Part shown: positions 31,506-41,642 of the stretch, piece after piece
Numbering within the stretch: the first letter of the stretch is position 1
Layout: each line of letters begins with the position of its first letter
IMG/VR virus record: IMGVR_UViG_3300028027_000001
Source: a virus
DNA length: 64,000 bases
Direction: 5' to 3' (one strand)
Translations under genes and position numbers: made by a program
Notes under the pieces: generated by a model
Database searches by the model: none
Seen by the model: only the letters and a program-made list of their open reading frames with translations
What the model was told of the DNA's origin: nothing

Positions 31506-31977
31506 AACCTTTAAATTTAATTTATTTAACTTATTTATGTTTGAATATACGAAATGTCTTTTAAAAATACTTGTCCTACCAATCCAGTGATTGTATATTA
31601 AATGTAAGGATCAATTATTAAATTGCTGTAACGATCTTTTGGTTGGGTAATGTCGTTATACAAGTGAACCACTGCTGCTGGGATTAATAATAATACTCCG
31701 AATGGGTTTCCAAATGCTAATAAAACGAACCCTAATGCTAATAATGAATTTTTAATCATAACCTTTATTTTAATTTAATTTATCTATTATTTAATCTTTT
31801 AAACACGTTTAATAATTTAGGATCGGATTTGATTTTATTCATCATTTCATCCATTTTGTCTCTAAGGAATTTGTTATATTCTTCCTCACTTTTGAATTTT
31901 GTTTTATCGTATTTTAACTTACTCATAATATCTATTTTTAATTATACTGGAATATACGATTTTAGATTTAATTATTT

Positions 31978-32193
31978 TTATCCAATGAAAACAAAATCTT
32001 CTTGAAAATAAGTTCCATCCATTTGCCCATTAACTAATTCAATATTGGGATAATTTTTTAACCACTCTATTTCCATCATATGATCACCTTCAATTGATAC
32101 TACTTTAGCTAATGCGGAATAATAAACTGAGTGATCTTTACTTAATTTGTTCCACTTAACAATATCTCCAACTTTAAATTTCTTTGCTTTCAT
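31978..32193 (-). CDS. early hypothetical protein (FKVGD.V, SH3/KOW-like)
   Basis: Promoter at about 32222. Confidence 0.65.
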   Translation of the reverse strand: MKAKKFKVGDIVKWNKLSKDHSVYYSALAKVVSIEGDHMMEIEWLKNYPNIELVNGQMDGTYFQEDFVFIG

Positions 32194-32410
32194 AACTTTT
32201 AATTTTTAAATTTATAACTGGAATATACGAAACGTTTTTTATATTACTTCGACCTCTATTACATTTGTATTATCTAAATACCAATTTAATTCCTCCTCTT
32301 TAATTAATTTAGTAATTAAACTGTTTCCTTCTTTGTAAATAACTTCTAACATAATATCATTTTTTAATTATGCTTGAATATACGAAATCAAGTTTGTATA
32401 TTTGTGTCCT

Positions 32411-33080
32411 GAGACCAAGAAAGCCTATATGAAACATATAAGCGAATAATTTAAAGCAGGCGATTATCATTTACACTGAATACAATGCCTTTTAATATTT
32501 GAATCTATTATTTAATTTATCAATCATTACTACTTGGTCCCTCATCTCCCTCCTCCCTGGCGTCTCCATAAGTCATAGGTTACCTTATGGCCTCCCTGTT
32601 GCGGCGATTGGTTTCGGTCGTTCGTTAATGTTTGGAGTAAATTAATTTTAATTCCCCGTTCGTCTCGTTTGACTATAATCGTGGATAGGGCCTCGGTTTA
32701 ATATTCAACTGTTCCTGCCTGTCTCCGCTACTTCCGGTATGTTTTTCAATGGGGCAATTAATTAAATTACTGGGATAGTGGAGAGAATGGATTAACCGAT
32801 TGTCGCACCTTAAGCCGTAGCATCTGTTCTGTTTAATTAATTCAAAGAAAAACGCACCTTGGTGCGATTATACATATGTGTGTTTTCCGTCTTTTATACG
32901 TCTTCATGAAAACCTTTTCACCCTCCCTTACGGGAGGGATCAAAGGGAAATTAACGGTTATGAAGCGTTGTTTCGTTATTAATCACCATAATCGGTGATA
33001 ATCATATCGTCTGCGTTGATCGGCGCTTATATTTCGCTTAAATCAACACTGTGATGTAGCCATAATTGCGATAAATGGCA
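32411..33080. ncRNA. candidate large structured ncRNA (about 670 nt)
   Basis: ORF-free, raised GC, many nested inverted repeats; directly downstream of two tRNA-like elements. Confidence 0.55.
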
Positions 33081-33086
33081 ATTCTG

Positions 33087-33210
33087 TTGTTAGGACAGGA
33101 TTCGAACCTGCTTAAATCCCCATGACAGGGACGATGGTGTGATTACACTCACTCATCTTAGGGATGTGAACCCATTCCATCTGTGTTTTACCTATTACAC
33201 CCACCTAACA
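33087..33210 (-). ncRNA. tRNA-like element A (124 nt; 39-nt expanded anticodon loop, long variable arm)
   Basis: TGTTAGG/CCTAACA acceptor, GTG/CAC D-stem with GG loop, GATGG/CCATC stem, GCAGG-TTCGAAT-CCTGT T-arm, A73. Confidence 0.75.
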
Positions 33211-33220
33211 TTTTATTTTG

Positions 33221-33321
33221 TTATTAGGACAGGATTCGAACCTGCAATCCGATGGGCACCTCTATTGGCTTTAAGTGCTCCGAACACACCACCGCAGTTA
33301 TCCAATTACGTTCACCTAACA
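33221..33321 (-). ncRNA. tRNA-like element B (101 nt; non-canonical middle)
   Basis: TGTTAGG/CCTAATA acceptor, TAATTGGATAA D-loop, GCAGG-TTCGAAT-CCTGT T-arm, A73. Confidence 0.7.
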
Positions 33322-33403
33322 TTTTATTTTTAAAGTAAAACCATTTCGTTTTACTTGCTTTTATACCTGGAATATACGAAAGTTCCGTCGGTAATTTGCG
33401 TCC

Positions 33404-33790
33404 TTATCGGAGACGTTTGAAGTATGAGTAATCATTTCTATCTCCATCTATTTCCACTTCCACCGGGTATTGGTGTTGTGGGGTATATTCTATAAATTTA
33501 CCTATTTCCCATATCTTTCCATCATCACTTACCATTATTTCCTCACCTAATTCCGGTAGTTCTATCGGGCGTTCCTGTGAGAAACCGTTGAGAGTATATT
33601 CGGTTAATGAAAGGGTAGGTTGGGATATTTGTTGGTATCTTCCATCGGAGGTGTAATATCTTGCTCCAACATTCGCATCAAATACTATTTCTATTGGGTA
33701 TATTCCTTCAGTTTCTATCTCCGTTATTTTACCCCATCCATATATTACACAATATACTTTATCTCCTACTTTAAATGTTGTTTCTTTCAT
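33404..33790 (-). CDS. early hypothetical protein
   Basis: FKVGDKVY...GWGKI...YPI...YTSDGR; promoter plus leader. Confidence 0.75.
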   Translation of the reverse strand: MKETTFKVGDKVYCVIYGWGKITEIETEGIYPIEIVFDANVGARYYTSDGRYQQISQPTLSLTEYTLNGFSQERPIELPELGEEIMVSDDGKIWEIGKFIEYTPQHQYPVEVEIDGDRNDYSYFKRLR

Positions 33791-33830
33791 AACCTTAATT
33801 TTATCATTTTAATATACTGGAATATACGAA

Positions 33831-34045
33831 TTACTCAGGTGTCCTCCAAGTAATTATTTACTTACTTTACTTACTCTCAGGTAATTACCTCAGGTACATT
33901 TTACTTACTCCTTACTTACTCTTATGTGAGAAATGCGGTGAGGGACGTGGAAAATATATATTTTTGGAAGTGGGGGGAAGGGCGGGGAGGCGCGGGAGAT
34001 GTGGGTTAGACCCCAACTCCCCTCTGCCCCCCTATGTCCTACACA
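33831..34045. repeat. iteron-like TTACTTACT/CTCAGGT repeats followed by a G-tract/C-tract palindromic block; candidate origin or terminus
   Basis: ttacttact x4 and ctcaggt x3 in 33831-33923; GGGGGGAAGGGCGGGGAGGCGCGGG then CCCCAACTCCCCTCTGCCCCCC. Confidence 0.55.
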
Positions 34046-34096
34046 GTTGGCAAATATTATACACATTCACTTACCCCCAAGTACATTTACTTTCCT

Positions 34097-34327
34097 CTAA
34101 ATATTCTCCCCAAATATATTCCCCAAATACTTAACCTCATCCCACCCCATCATCTCATCTTCAATAATCGATTTAGATAAATTCTCATGTCCGTAATTAT
34201 ATTCCCCAAATAATCTTTTCTCAAAATAATACCACTTACCATTTAACCAAACAAAACGAGATATCCCATTCACAGTCTGACCAATATCATACAAATCCCC
34301 ATTTTCAAACGTTATATTCTTTCCCAT
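34097..34327 (-). CDS. hypothetical protein (start revised to MGKNITFENG)
   Basis: Promoter motif at about 34355 lies inside the longer ORF call. Confidence 0.6.
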   Translation of the reverse strand: MGKNITFENGDLYDIGQTVNGISRFVWLNGKWYYFEKRLFGEYNYGHENLSKSIIEDEMMGWDEVKYLGNIFGENI

Positions 34328-34977
34328 CGTTATTATTGCTTTTATTATGTATTGAATATACGGATTGAATTCTGATTGTTTATTTCCCTCGTTATTCACC
34401 CTGGATTATCTCCCCATCTCTCCCATGTCCATCTTATATCCATTATGCCATTCTCCGGTTTTGATTTTGGAGCACATCCAATATCTCCAATTGTCGCTTA
34501 ATCATACGGAACTCGTTGAGTTTGGCCGTTCCCCACTCACTTATATTATCAGTACTTTCTAATATCTCTAGTGAGTTTATTTCCTCTTCTAGGTGTTTAT
34601 ATATGGTTTTATTGGTTTCCATATTAATAAAATCTTAAGTAATGTTGTTTATCCTTCTTATCTAATTCAGTATTGATTTTATCCATTTTACTAACAGTTT
34701 CAATCAATTTATCTAACTTTTTATCAATATCCTCTGCTTGTTTCTCTAACCTTTCTAATCTCTCTAGTTTATCTTTATCCATCATTTCGTTGATTTTTAT
34801 TAGCGCATTTCACTGCCTATTTTACTTAATCCATAACACCCCTCGTTGATATCCTTGGGTGCGTTTTACCACAACTTACCACCTGATTCCCAACCACTTT
34901 ACACACTATTTACACCTCATATTTCCTTTTGTAACATATACGTAGGATGGGTTGGTCACATGGGGTAATGCAATTAT

Positions 34978-35184
34978 TTATCTTCCCGGTATATTTCCTC
35001 CATCATAGAAACAACCTTGGTTCATTACAGGTTTTGGTTTGTAGTGATGAATATAAACTACTTCTGTTCTAACAGGTTGTTGTGCAGGTGTTGTATCTTT
35101 AATTGCTGCAACTGTTGCTCCTACTATTAATGCTCCTCCTAATATTAAGGACATATAATAAATGTAATCTTTCTTATCTTCCAT
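34978..35184 (-). CDS. small membrane protein
   Basis: Hydrophobic helix near the N-terminus. Confidence 0.6.
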   Translation of the reverse strand: MEDKKDYIYYMSLILGGALIVGATVAAIKDTTPAQQPVRTEVVYIHHYKPKPVMNQGCFYDGGNIPGR

Positions 35185-35434
35185 TTTGTTTAATTTTAAA
35201 TTATATCCATTTCAACAACCTCCCATCCTTCCGGGTTAACTTCAATATTATTGATGATTAATTTATCATCATTGGTCCAAGTGAAACTATGAACATCCTG
35301 ATTATCTTGTTTATTAATTGCTAAATACATAATATTGCTTTTTTAATTATACCTGAATATACGAAATCAATTTATATAATTTTTATCCTTAAATTCAAGA
35401 GTAGTTTGTGTTTTTTTTGTGGAGTTATAAGTAA

Positions 35435-35620
35435 TTACCTTAATGCTCTTAATTCACTTTCAGTCATTACTTCTATCTCTAAGGTGTGGTTAATTAGTTT
35501 TAATTTAGCCACGTCAGAAATTTTTTTAGATGACATTATTTCCACTATGTCATAAAAATCCCCATTATACCAAATTTTACCTAATGCCCGGTATGCATCT
35601 GAAAACATCATATATCCCAT
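35435..35620 (-). CDS. hypothetical protein
   Basis: ORF in early array. Confidence 0.55.
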   Translation of the reverse strand: MGYMMFSDAYRALGKIWYNGDFYDIVEIMSSKKISDVAKLKLINHTLEIEVMTESELRALR

Positions 35621-35631
35621 ATCAATTAGTT

Positions 35632-36030
35632 TTATAAATTACTGTTCCTTAATTGGTTTTGTACTGATTGTTTAATCATTTCTGTACCTTCAAATACATC
35701 GTCCAACAAATAAATGTTTGCATGGTATTTGTCAATTAAATTATCTAATTCCTTAATGAATTGTCTTAATTGTTCTGGATTATTTTCTTCGAATTCGTTC
35801 ATAACCTTGATTATTTTCCAAATTTTAGTTTCCTCTAACCTAGTATCACTCAACATCACTTTCTCCTCTAACAAATCTTTTACATCACTTTCGGGATTAT
35901 TCATAACTAATTGTCTTAACATTTGATCGTTCATTCCAACTTCATTAAGTATTAATTCCATTTGTTCCCCATTTACCTCTATTTCATCTAGCAATGCAAT
36001 AATTACCTGTATGATTTTATCTTTATCCAT
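35632..36030 (-). CDS. early hypothetical protein
   Basis: Promoter plus leader. Confidence 0.7.
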   Translation of the reverse strand: MDKDKIIQVIIALLDEIEVNGEQMELILNEVGMNDQMLRQLVMNNPESDVKDLLEEKVMLSDTRLEETKIWKIIKVMNEFEENNPEQLRQFIKELDNLIDKYHANIYLLDDVFEGTEMIKQSVQNQLRNSNL

Positions 36031-36419
36031 AACCTTTGTTTATTTATTAATTTTATGCTTGAATATACGAACGTAAGTTTGATTATTTTTGTCCTAATTT
36101 AAAAAAACTATACATTCTAAATCTTCTAATATAGTGCTTCCTATGATTACATCTACCTGAGCAGGTAAGTTTAAATACTCTTCCATAACCTTTATTTAAT
36201 TAAATTAATATTTCTTCTTTGATTGTGTAGTGATCGTCATAACCCGCACTTTTAACATCTGCTAAATATTTTTGAGAATATTCATGTAACTTTTCTAAGT
36301 CAGTACTAACAAATATTATTCTACCTTTTGAATCGAATGAGATATAAACTTTTTCCATAACCTTTATTTTTAATATGTCTGAATATACGAATTATTACTT
36401 GATTATCTTGGTCCTTTAA

Positions 36420-36749
36420 TTATAAATCTCCTTCTAATCCTCCACAATATCTAGCGTAACTATACCCTTGTGTATCTACAAAGTAATTTTTACCTTTATG
36501 TTTTAAAATCCAAAATTGTTCTCTATCAAAATAATCATCAAACAATGAAAAATTATCTATATTGATTGGGTGTTCCTCACCATCCTCATCATACTCTACT
36601 AACAATGAAGTATCTATTGTTGGTAGACTTTTTAACATATCCTTGATTCGTTGAGGAATATCTTTCAATTTATTTACTACACAATCTTCAGGTCGATTTT
36701 CTTTTCTATCAACATAAACCCAATTTCTAATTTCATCAAAATTACTCAT
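36420..36749 (-). CDS. early hypothetical protein
   Basis: YFVDTQGYSYARY motif; promoter plus leader. Confidence 0.7.
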   Translation of the reverse strand: MSNFDEIRNWVYVDRKENRPEDCVVNKLKDIPQRIKDMLKSLPTIDTSLLVEYDEDGEEHPINIDNFSLFDDYFDREQFWILKHKGKNYFVDTQGYSYARYCGGLEGDL

Positions 36750-36802
36750 AACCTTTATTTTTTAAATTTATACTGGAATATACGAATTTGTCGGTAATAA
36801 TC

Positions 36803-37078
36803 TTAGTCCTCTATTTTATAATCTCCATCAAATATCTTGTAATGTCCCATTATTACATCACATATAATATAACATAACATGTTTTTATTTTGGTCATAAC
36901 ATGGTACTCGGTAAGAACCATATTGGCCTGATGTGAAGAATCCTTGTTCAACATCAAATGTAGTTACATCAGGATATTTTAATTTGATATGACCATTAAA
37001 TAATGTTGTTAGTGATGTAGCAAATGACTTATTAATGTCATCTGATGGTTGTTGGTTTAATGTTAGGTTAGTTATCAT
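36803..37078 (-). CDS. hypothetical protein
   Basis: ORF in early array. Confidence 0.65.
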   Translation of the reverse strand: MITNLTLNQQPSDDINKSFATSLTTLFNGHIKLKYPDVTTFDVEQGFFTSGQYGSYRVPCYDQNKNMLCYIICDVIMGHYKIFDGDYKIED

Positions 37079-37082
37079 AGTC

Positions 37083-37463
37083 TTAGTCCTTATTTACAAT
37101 TTTTTTAATTTCTCGTCTCCAAGCTTTTAAGAATAACTCTTTATTAGTTATTACTATTTCGTTTGGGATAGTATTGTCACGCTCTAACGTATCTAACAAA
37201 TCATAAAATAAATTTGTGAGTTGATCTAATTGGGATGGTTCTTCAACTAAATGGTTAATAGCCATATCTGCTGGGTGCCAATATCCGTGATTGTCGATAT
37301 CAAAATTTATTTTAAATGAGTTGTCATAGTTACAATACGCTGTGATAATTCCTATTTCTCCTATTTTATCTAATATATCATCATTCCAGCCTAGCTCGGA
37401 AACAGCTGATAAGTTATCACTCCAATCAAAACCTACTACTTTACGTCCTACTAACTCTTCCAT
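37083..37463 (-). CDS. early hypothetical protein
   Basis: Promoter at about 37494. Confidence 0.7.
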   Translation of the reverse strand: MEELVGRKVVGFDWSDNLSAVSELGWNDDILDKIGEIGIITAYCNYDNSFKINFDIDNHGYWHPADMAINHLVEEPSQLDQLTNLFYDLLDTLERDNTIPNEIVITNKELFLKAWRREIKKIVNKD

Positions 37464-37530
37464 AATCTTTATTATTTATTAATTTTATACTTAAATATAC
37501 GAATTTATTCTGTAATAAACTTATCCTTTA

Positions 37531-37755
37531 TTATTCATTATCTTTTTGTTTTGAGATGCGATATCTTATATCCCCAATAAAATCAACCCCTTGATTACTA
37601 TTATCTATAGCTATTACTTCTAAATTGTTAGGTAATAATTCAGCTAATGGTTCAGTCCAATATAATTTTACTTTACCATTACCTATTCCCACTCTTCTTG
37701 CTATCGGTAATATTTCTCCTGTGCTAGGTATTTTTACTCCAAATGTAGTGCTCAT
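37531..37755 (-). CDS. early hypothetical protein (start revised to MSTTFGVKIP)
   Basis: Promoter at about 37779. Confidence 0.65.
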   Translation of the reverse strand: MSTTFGVKIPSTGEILPIARRVGIGNGKVKLYWTEPLAELLPNNLEVIAIDNSNQGVDFIGDIRYRISKQKDNE

Positions 37756-37789
37756 AATTTTCATTTTAATTATAACCAAATATACGAAT

Positions 37790-37816
37790 AAAAAATGGAG
37801 AACTATTGTCCTCCAT
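37790..37816 (-). terminator. intrinsic terminator overlapping an early promoter
   Basis: ATGGAG-gacaatagtt-CTCCAT-TTTTT on the minus strand. Confidence 0.65.
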
Positions 37817-38087
37817 CAAAAATAATTTTTGTTATTTCATAGATGCTAGGTGCACCTACATCTCCAAATTCATTATAAATTGCTTCCATAATTTATTTTT
37901 TATTACTAAATGCATTACCAATTGCTAATAACATTAAAAATACAAAAAATGTTGTCCATTTATTATCTTGTATTGCTTCGAAAAATTCTCTCATTTATTT
38001 AAGTGTTCTGTTATTTTTATTCTAAACCTCTATCCCCGTATATTAACATTAAAATTTTATAATGTAATTTTTGTAAGTATCTTCTTA

Positions 38088-38297
38088 TCATTTGTCTAAA
38101 TGTTTAATTAATTTTTTTAAAACATCCCATTCTGTGAAATGAATTGAGAATTGCTGTTTATCACTTATAGTAACATCATAACCCTCTCCATTACTCCACT
38201 CTGTTACTTCAATAAAATCATATTCTTTATGATAAGGACCCCCCAATCGTGAATTAACGGCTCGTCGTTGATTTTCCTCTATTTTTAATTTACTCAT
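38088..38297 (-). CDS. hypothetical protein
   Basis: FIEVTEWSNGEGYDV motif. Confidence 0.7.
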   Translation of the reverse strand: MSKLKIEENQRRAVNSRLGGPYHKEYDFIEVTEWSNGEGYDVTISDKQQFSIHFTEWDVLKKLIKHLDK

Positions 38298-38298
38298 A

Positions 38299-39225
38299 TT
38301 ATAATGATTTAAAGTATTCAATAACTTCTTGTTCTGATTTTAGTACTTTCATCTCAATTCCTTTATCTTGAACATATTCTAAAGCAATCTCTGCTGAATT
38401 ATGAGCTCCATTTGCCCAACAGTTAGATGAAAACATATCAATCCAAGCATATCCATCATTACTTAAACGATGTAATTTATATGTACCCTGTTGTTTAAAT
38501 ATATAAACATAATCCCGATTATATTCGATTTGTGGAGGTGGATTTTTTAATAATCGTTCTAGTACTGGGAGTTGAGAGGCTGTTGCGGCTTTAAACATTT
38601 TACTAACCATTTCGTTATCAAACGTTACTTCGTTAGAAAACGTTCCGGTATTATCTAAAACATATTTATTAATTATTTTTTTCCAATCCGCACAAGCCAT
38701 ATCATAAATTTCCTTAACTTGCTCTCTTGTTAATATTTGTTTTTCCATAATTTTTCCCCACTTCCTTGTATTATCATCATATATAAGTCCGGTTCCTTCA
38801 CCTGATATTATATTAGATGGGCTGTATTTTCTAACTTCTTCTTTAACGATTTGATAATCTCCTGCTGTATTATAATATCTAGTACCAATTGGATAATATT
38901 TACGAGCATAGGCTAATCTACCTTCATTGGTTGTCATATCGAATACTTGATATGTCGCATCAAATGGTCCTTTGTATAACTCTACACCCTCAACACCAAT
39001 TAAACACTCATTTCCTTCTTCATCACGAACAGCTAACAAATCATCATTATTAGCATGCCATTCATGATCTGTAATAGCAAATATTGTTCCTATAGTATCG
39101 GTATCAAATGAATTATTTTGTGATGTAATTGTAAATCCTAATTCTTTAAATTTTTCGTTATAAGTTTCATATGTGTAGCCTGGGTCTTTAATTTTTACTT
39201 GATCTCCTACTTTAAATTTTTCCAT
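38299..39225 (-). CDS. multi-domain early hypothetical protein
   Basis: FKVGD N-terminus, ARKYYPIGT module; promoter at about 39251. Confidence 0.75.
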   Translation of the reverse strand: MEKFKVGDQVKIKDPGYTYETYNEKFKELGFTITSQNNSFDTDTIGTIFAITDHEWHANNDDLLAVRDEEGNECLIGVEGVELYKGPFDATYQVFDMTTNEGRLAYARKYYPIGTRYYNTAGDYQIVKEEVRKYSPSNIISGEGTGLIYDDNTRKWGKIMEKQILTREQVKEIYDMACADWKKIINKYVLDNTGTFSNEVTFDNEMVSKMFKAATASQLPVLERLLKNPPPQIEYNRDYVYIFKQQGTYKLHRLSNDGYAWIDMFSSNCWANGAHNSAEIALEYVQDKGIEMKVLKSEQEVIEYFKSL

Positions 39226-39285
39226 GATATATTTTTTAAATTTATACTTGAATATACGAATGATTTATTGAAAATAAACGTCCCT

Positions 39286-39627
39286 TTATCTATAAAATTC
39301 TTCATCGTTAATTTCCTCTTCCTCATCATCATATGAATCCCAATCATCTTTGATTTCCAATACATCGTCTAAATCTTCATCTTTGTACTCAGGGAGTAAA
39401 CCCATACGTTCGATGAGACGCCATACTCGTTCCTTAGTTTTGTCAATAGGTGTTCCTTCAATTTCGGTATAACCTTCAACAGTTAAATAAGCCAATTGAG
39501 CTAATAAGTCACACGTTAAATGATCCATTTCATTTAAATCATAGTTACCTGCATCAAATTTAGATTTGATAGTTAACCATTGTGTTTCAATTGTGTTGTT
39601 TTTTAATATACTTAATACTTTTGACAT
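39286..39627 (-). CDS. early hypothetical protein with acidic tail
   Basis: Promoter plus leader. Confidence 0.7.
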   Translation of the reverse strand: MSKVLSILKNNTIETQWLTIKSKFDAGNYDLNEMDHLTCDLLAQLAYLTVEGYTEIEGTPIDKTKERVWRLIERMGLLPEYKDEDLDDVLEIKDDWDSYDDEEEEINDEEFYR

Positions 39628-39696
39628 AACCTTTATTTTTAATTTTTTATTTATACTGAAATATACGATTTTAATTTAAAATTTTATTATCCTATT

Positions 39697-39924
39697 TTAG
39701 AACATTTTTAAATCTTTTAAATCTTTGTCTTGGATTGCACTTGCATAGAAGAAAATTAGTACTGCTAATTCAATTAATACTAATGTTGCAAAAAACATAG
39801 TAACTCCTATTAATGCATCCGATTCTAAACATAATTCATTTTTATACCATTGAAATAATAATGGTGATAGAAATACTTGTAAACTAACAAATATCGAATA
39901 ACCAATTGCTCTTAACCACTTCAT
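39697..39924 (-). CDS. small two-helix membrane protein
   Basis: Two hydrophobic segments. Confidence 0.6.
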   Translation of the reverse strand: MKWLRAIGYSIFVSLQVFLSPLLFQWYKNELCLESDALIGVTMFFATLVLIELAVLIFFYASAIQDKDLKDLKMF

Positions 39925-40090
39925 ATTTTTTAATTTAAATTATACCACTTATCTAAAGCGGCTTGTTGTTGTTTACTATCTAATTCGTCAAAAAACTTAT
40001 TGAATAGTTTTAATGAAACTTCATCTAAACTCATATTATTTCTTTTTAATTATACCTGAATATACGAATTAATTTTCAATAATCTTTGTC

Positions 40091-40321
40091 CTATTCAATA
40101 GGATCATTTAATAAGTAATCATTTGCTTCGTCTTCAAATGACCAATCATAATCTGTTATTAATTCTTTATCACATAAATCAATTTGAAACTTGATTAATT
40201 GGTCTCTAACTACATCGGTAATAACCTTCTTTAAATAGCTTTCTAATAGTATACCAACCGGGTTTCCTGTTTGGCCTAGTGATTGGAGGATGTCGTTGTT
40301 AATTTCTTCTATTGTTTTCAT
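40091..40321 (-). CDS. hypothetical protein
   Basis: ORF with AGGTTATG leader. Confidence 0.65.
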   Translation of the reverse strand: MKTIEEINNDILQSLGQTGNPVGILLESYLKKVITDVVRDQLIKFQIDLCDKELITDYDWSFEDEANDYLLNDPIE

Positions 40322-40374
40322 AACCTATTTATTTTAATTTATGCTGGAGTATACTAATGGGTATTTAATTATCT

Positions 40375-40620
40375 TTATCCCCCTGTAGTATACTTTCTTA
40401 CTAATTTAAAGATTTCTGTTATATCTGTAAATTCTATTTCTTTGTCATTCTTAATTGGGAAAAAAGCAATTGTAAAACCATGATTTGCTTGGAATGTTTC
40501 AGTTACTCGCTTACCATTAATGGAATTAATGTAGACCCATGGAAAATTACCTGCTAATTTAACATCAATTCCTAATAGTTTCATTCTATCTACAAATACT
40601 GTTAATTTATCTTTTTCCAC
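40375..40620 (-). CDS. hypothetical protein (GTG start)
   Basis: AAGGTT leader before GTG; GNFPWVY..SING..V.E.F..NHGFTIAF. Confidence 0.7.
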   Translation of the reverse strand: MEKDKLTVFVDRMKLLGIDVKLAGNFPWVYINSINGKRVTETFQANHGFTIAFFPIKNDKEIEFTDITEIFKLVRKYTTGG

Positions 40621-40632
40621 AACCTTTATTTA

Positions 40633-40872
40633 TTAATGTTTAACACCCACTTGAAGAACTTTAATTACGTCCTTTCTATTTAAAATATTTTCATTTAGAC
40701 TTACAAACTCCCACTTAAACTCATCTGTAAGTATGAAATGACCTAGTAATTCGTGTTCTGCTTGGTTAATTAAAAATTCAACAACTATTTTTTGATTCAT
40801 TGCTTTTCTTTTGTTTGCTCTACGAGTGATTCGCGATTCAATAGGATGTGGTATAATTTTTCTATTAGTCAT
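40633..40872 (-). CDS. early hypothetical protein
   Basis: Promoter at about 40899. Confidence 0.6.
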   Translation of the reverse strand: MTNRKIIPHPIESRITRRANKRKAMNQKIVVEFLINQAEHELLGHFILTDEFKWEFVSLNENILNRKDVIKVLQVGVKH

Positions 40873-40942
40873 AACTTTTTTATTTATTAATATGCTTGAA
40901 TATACGAAATATCTATTAATTTTTTATGTCCTTTATTGGTCT

Positions 40943-41140
40943 TTATATATCTCTTGTTAATCGTTCACTCATTAATTTAGTAAAACAATCTAAGTATCCT
41001 GATTGGTAATCAACTTCTTTTTGTTGAGTTTCCATTTCTTTACATTGTTTAAAATAAGAAGTAATCATTTCTAAATGCTCATCACTTAATTGAATTTGGT
41101 TTACAATTGCGTTGTAAAACTGTTCTACTGCTGTTTTCAT
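40943..41140 (-). CDS. MKTAVE-family small hypothetical protein
   Basis: Paralog of 46467-46670. Confidence 0.65.
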   Translation of the reverse strand: MKTAVEQFYNAIVNQIQLSDEHLEMITSYFKQCKEMETQQKEVDYQSGYLDCFTKLMSERLTRDI

Positions 41141-41145
41141 ATCTT

Positions 41146-41349
41146 TTATTTTACAAATTTCATAGGTATGGGGCTAACTGTATAATCATAAAATTCCATC
41201 ATTTTATCATAGCACCCAGTTAATTCACAACTATTCAAATACTTAATCCACGCTTTAATATATTTTAAACGATCTTTATGGTATATAACTTTCATCCCTC
41301 CTATATCGTTAACATAATTTCGTAATGTTTGTTTTGCTCTTGGTGTCAT
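41146..41349 (-). CDS. hypothetical protein
   Basis: ORF in array. Confidence 0.6.
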   Translation of the reverse strand: MTPRAKQTLRNYVNDIGGMKVIYHKDRLKYIKAWIKYLNSCELTGCYDKMMEFYDYTVSPIPMKFVK

Positions 41350-41361
41350 AATCTTATATTA

Positions 41362-41592
41362 TTAAGGGTTATTACCTTTTTCTGTGGAAATCCAATATGC
41401 AAATGGGGATGTGATGGCATCACTTGTTTCAATTGAGAACTTCCAAGGTTGATTATCATTTCCGTTACAATCCAGAGTGGCTATATTATTTTCCAGTTCA
41501 ATAATTTTTGCTTTTAATGGACTTGAATCTCTTCCTTTAATGAAAACTGTACTACCCACCCTAACATTTTTCAATTTATCTAAATAATTCAT
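41362..41592 (-). CDS. early hypothetical protein
   Basis: Promoter plus leader. Confidence 0.65.
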   Translation of the reverse strand: MNYLDKLKNVRVGSTVFIKGRDSSPLKAKIIELENNIATLDCNGNDNQPWKFSIETSDAITSPFAYWISTEKGNNP

Positions 41593-41642
41593 AACCTTTA
41601 TTTTTAATTATAACTAAATATACGAAGAAAAAAAGTGGAGAC

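Noticed and set aside
32671-32680. GATTATAGTC resembles the group I intron S element
   Set aside because: No matching R element/P7 partner and no interrupted host gene.
32811-32828. AACAGATGCTACGGCTTA on the minus strand resembles the 3' conserved region of RNase P RNA
   Set aside because: No upstream GAGGAAAGTCC partner for P4 was found; kept only as a model to test with cmscan.
34400-34760. TTATCC-like words as DnaA boxes
   Set aside because: No full TTATCCACA match; the words are explainable by local skew and AT content.
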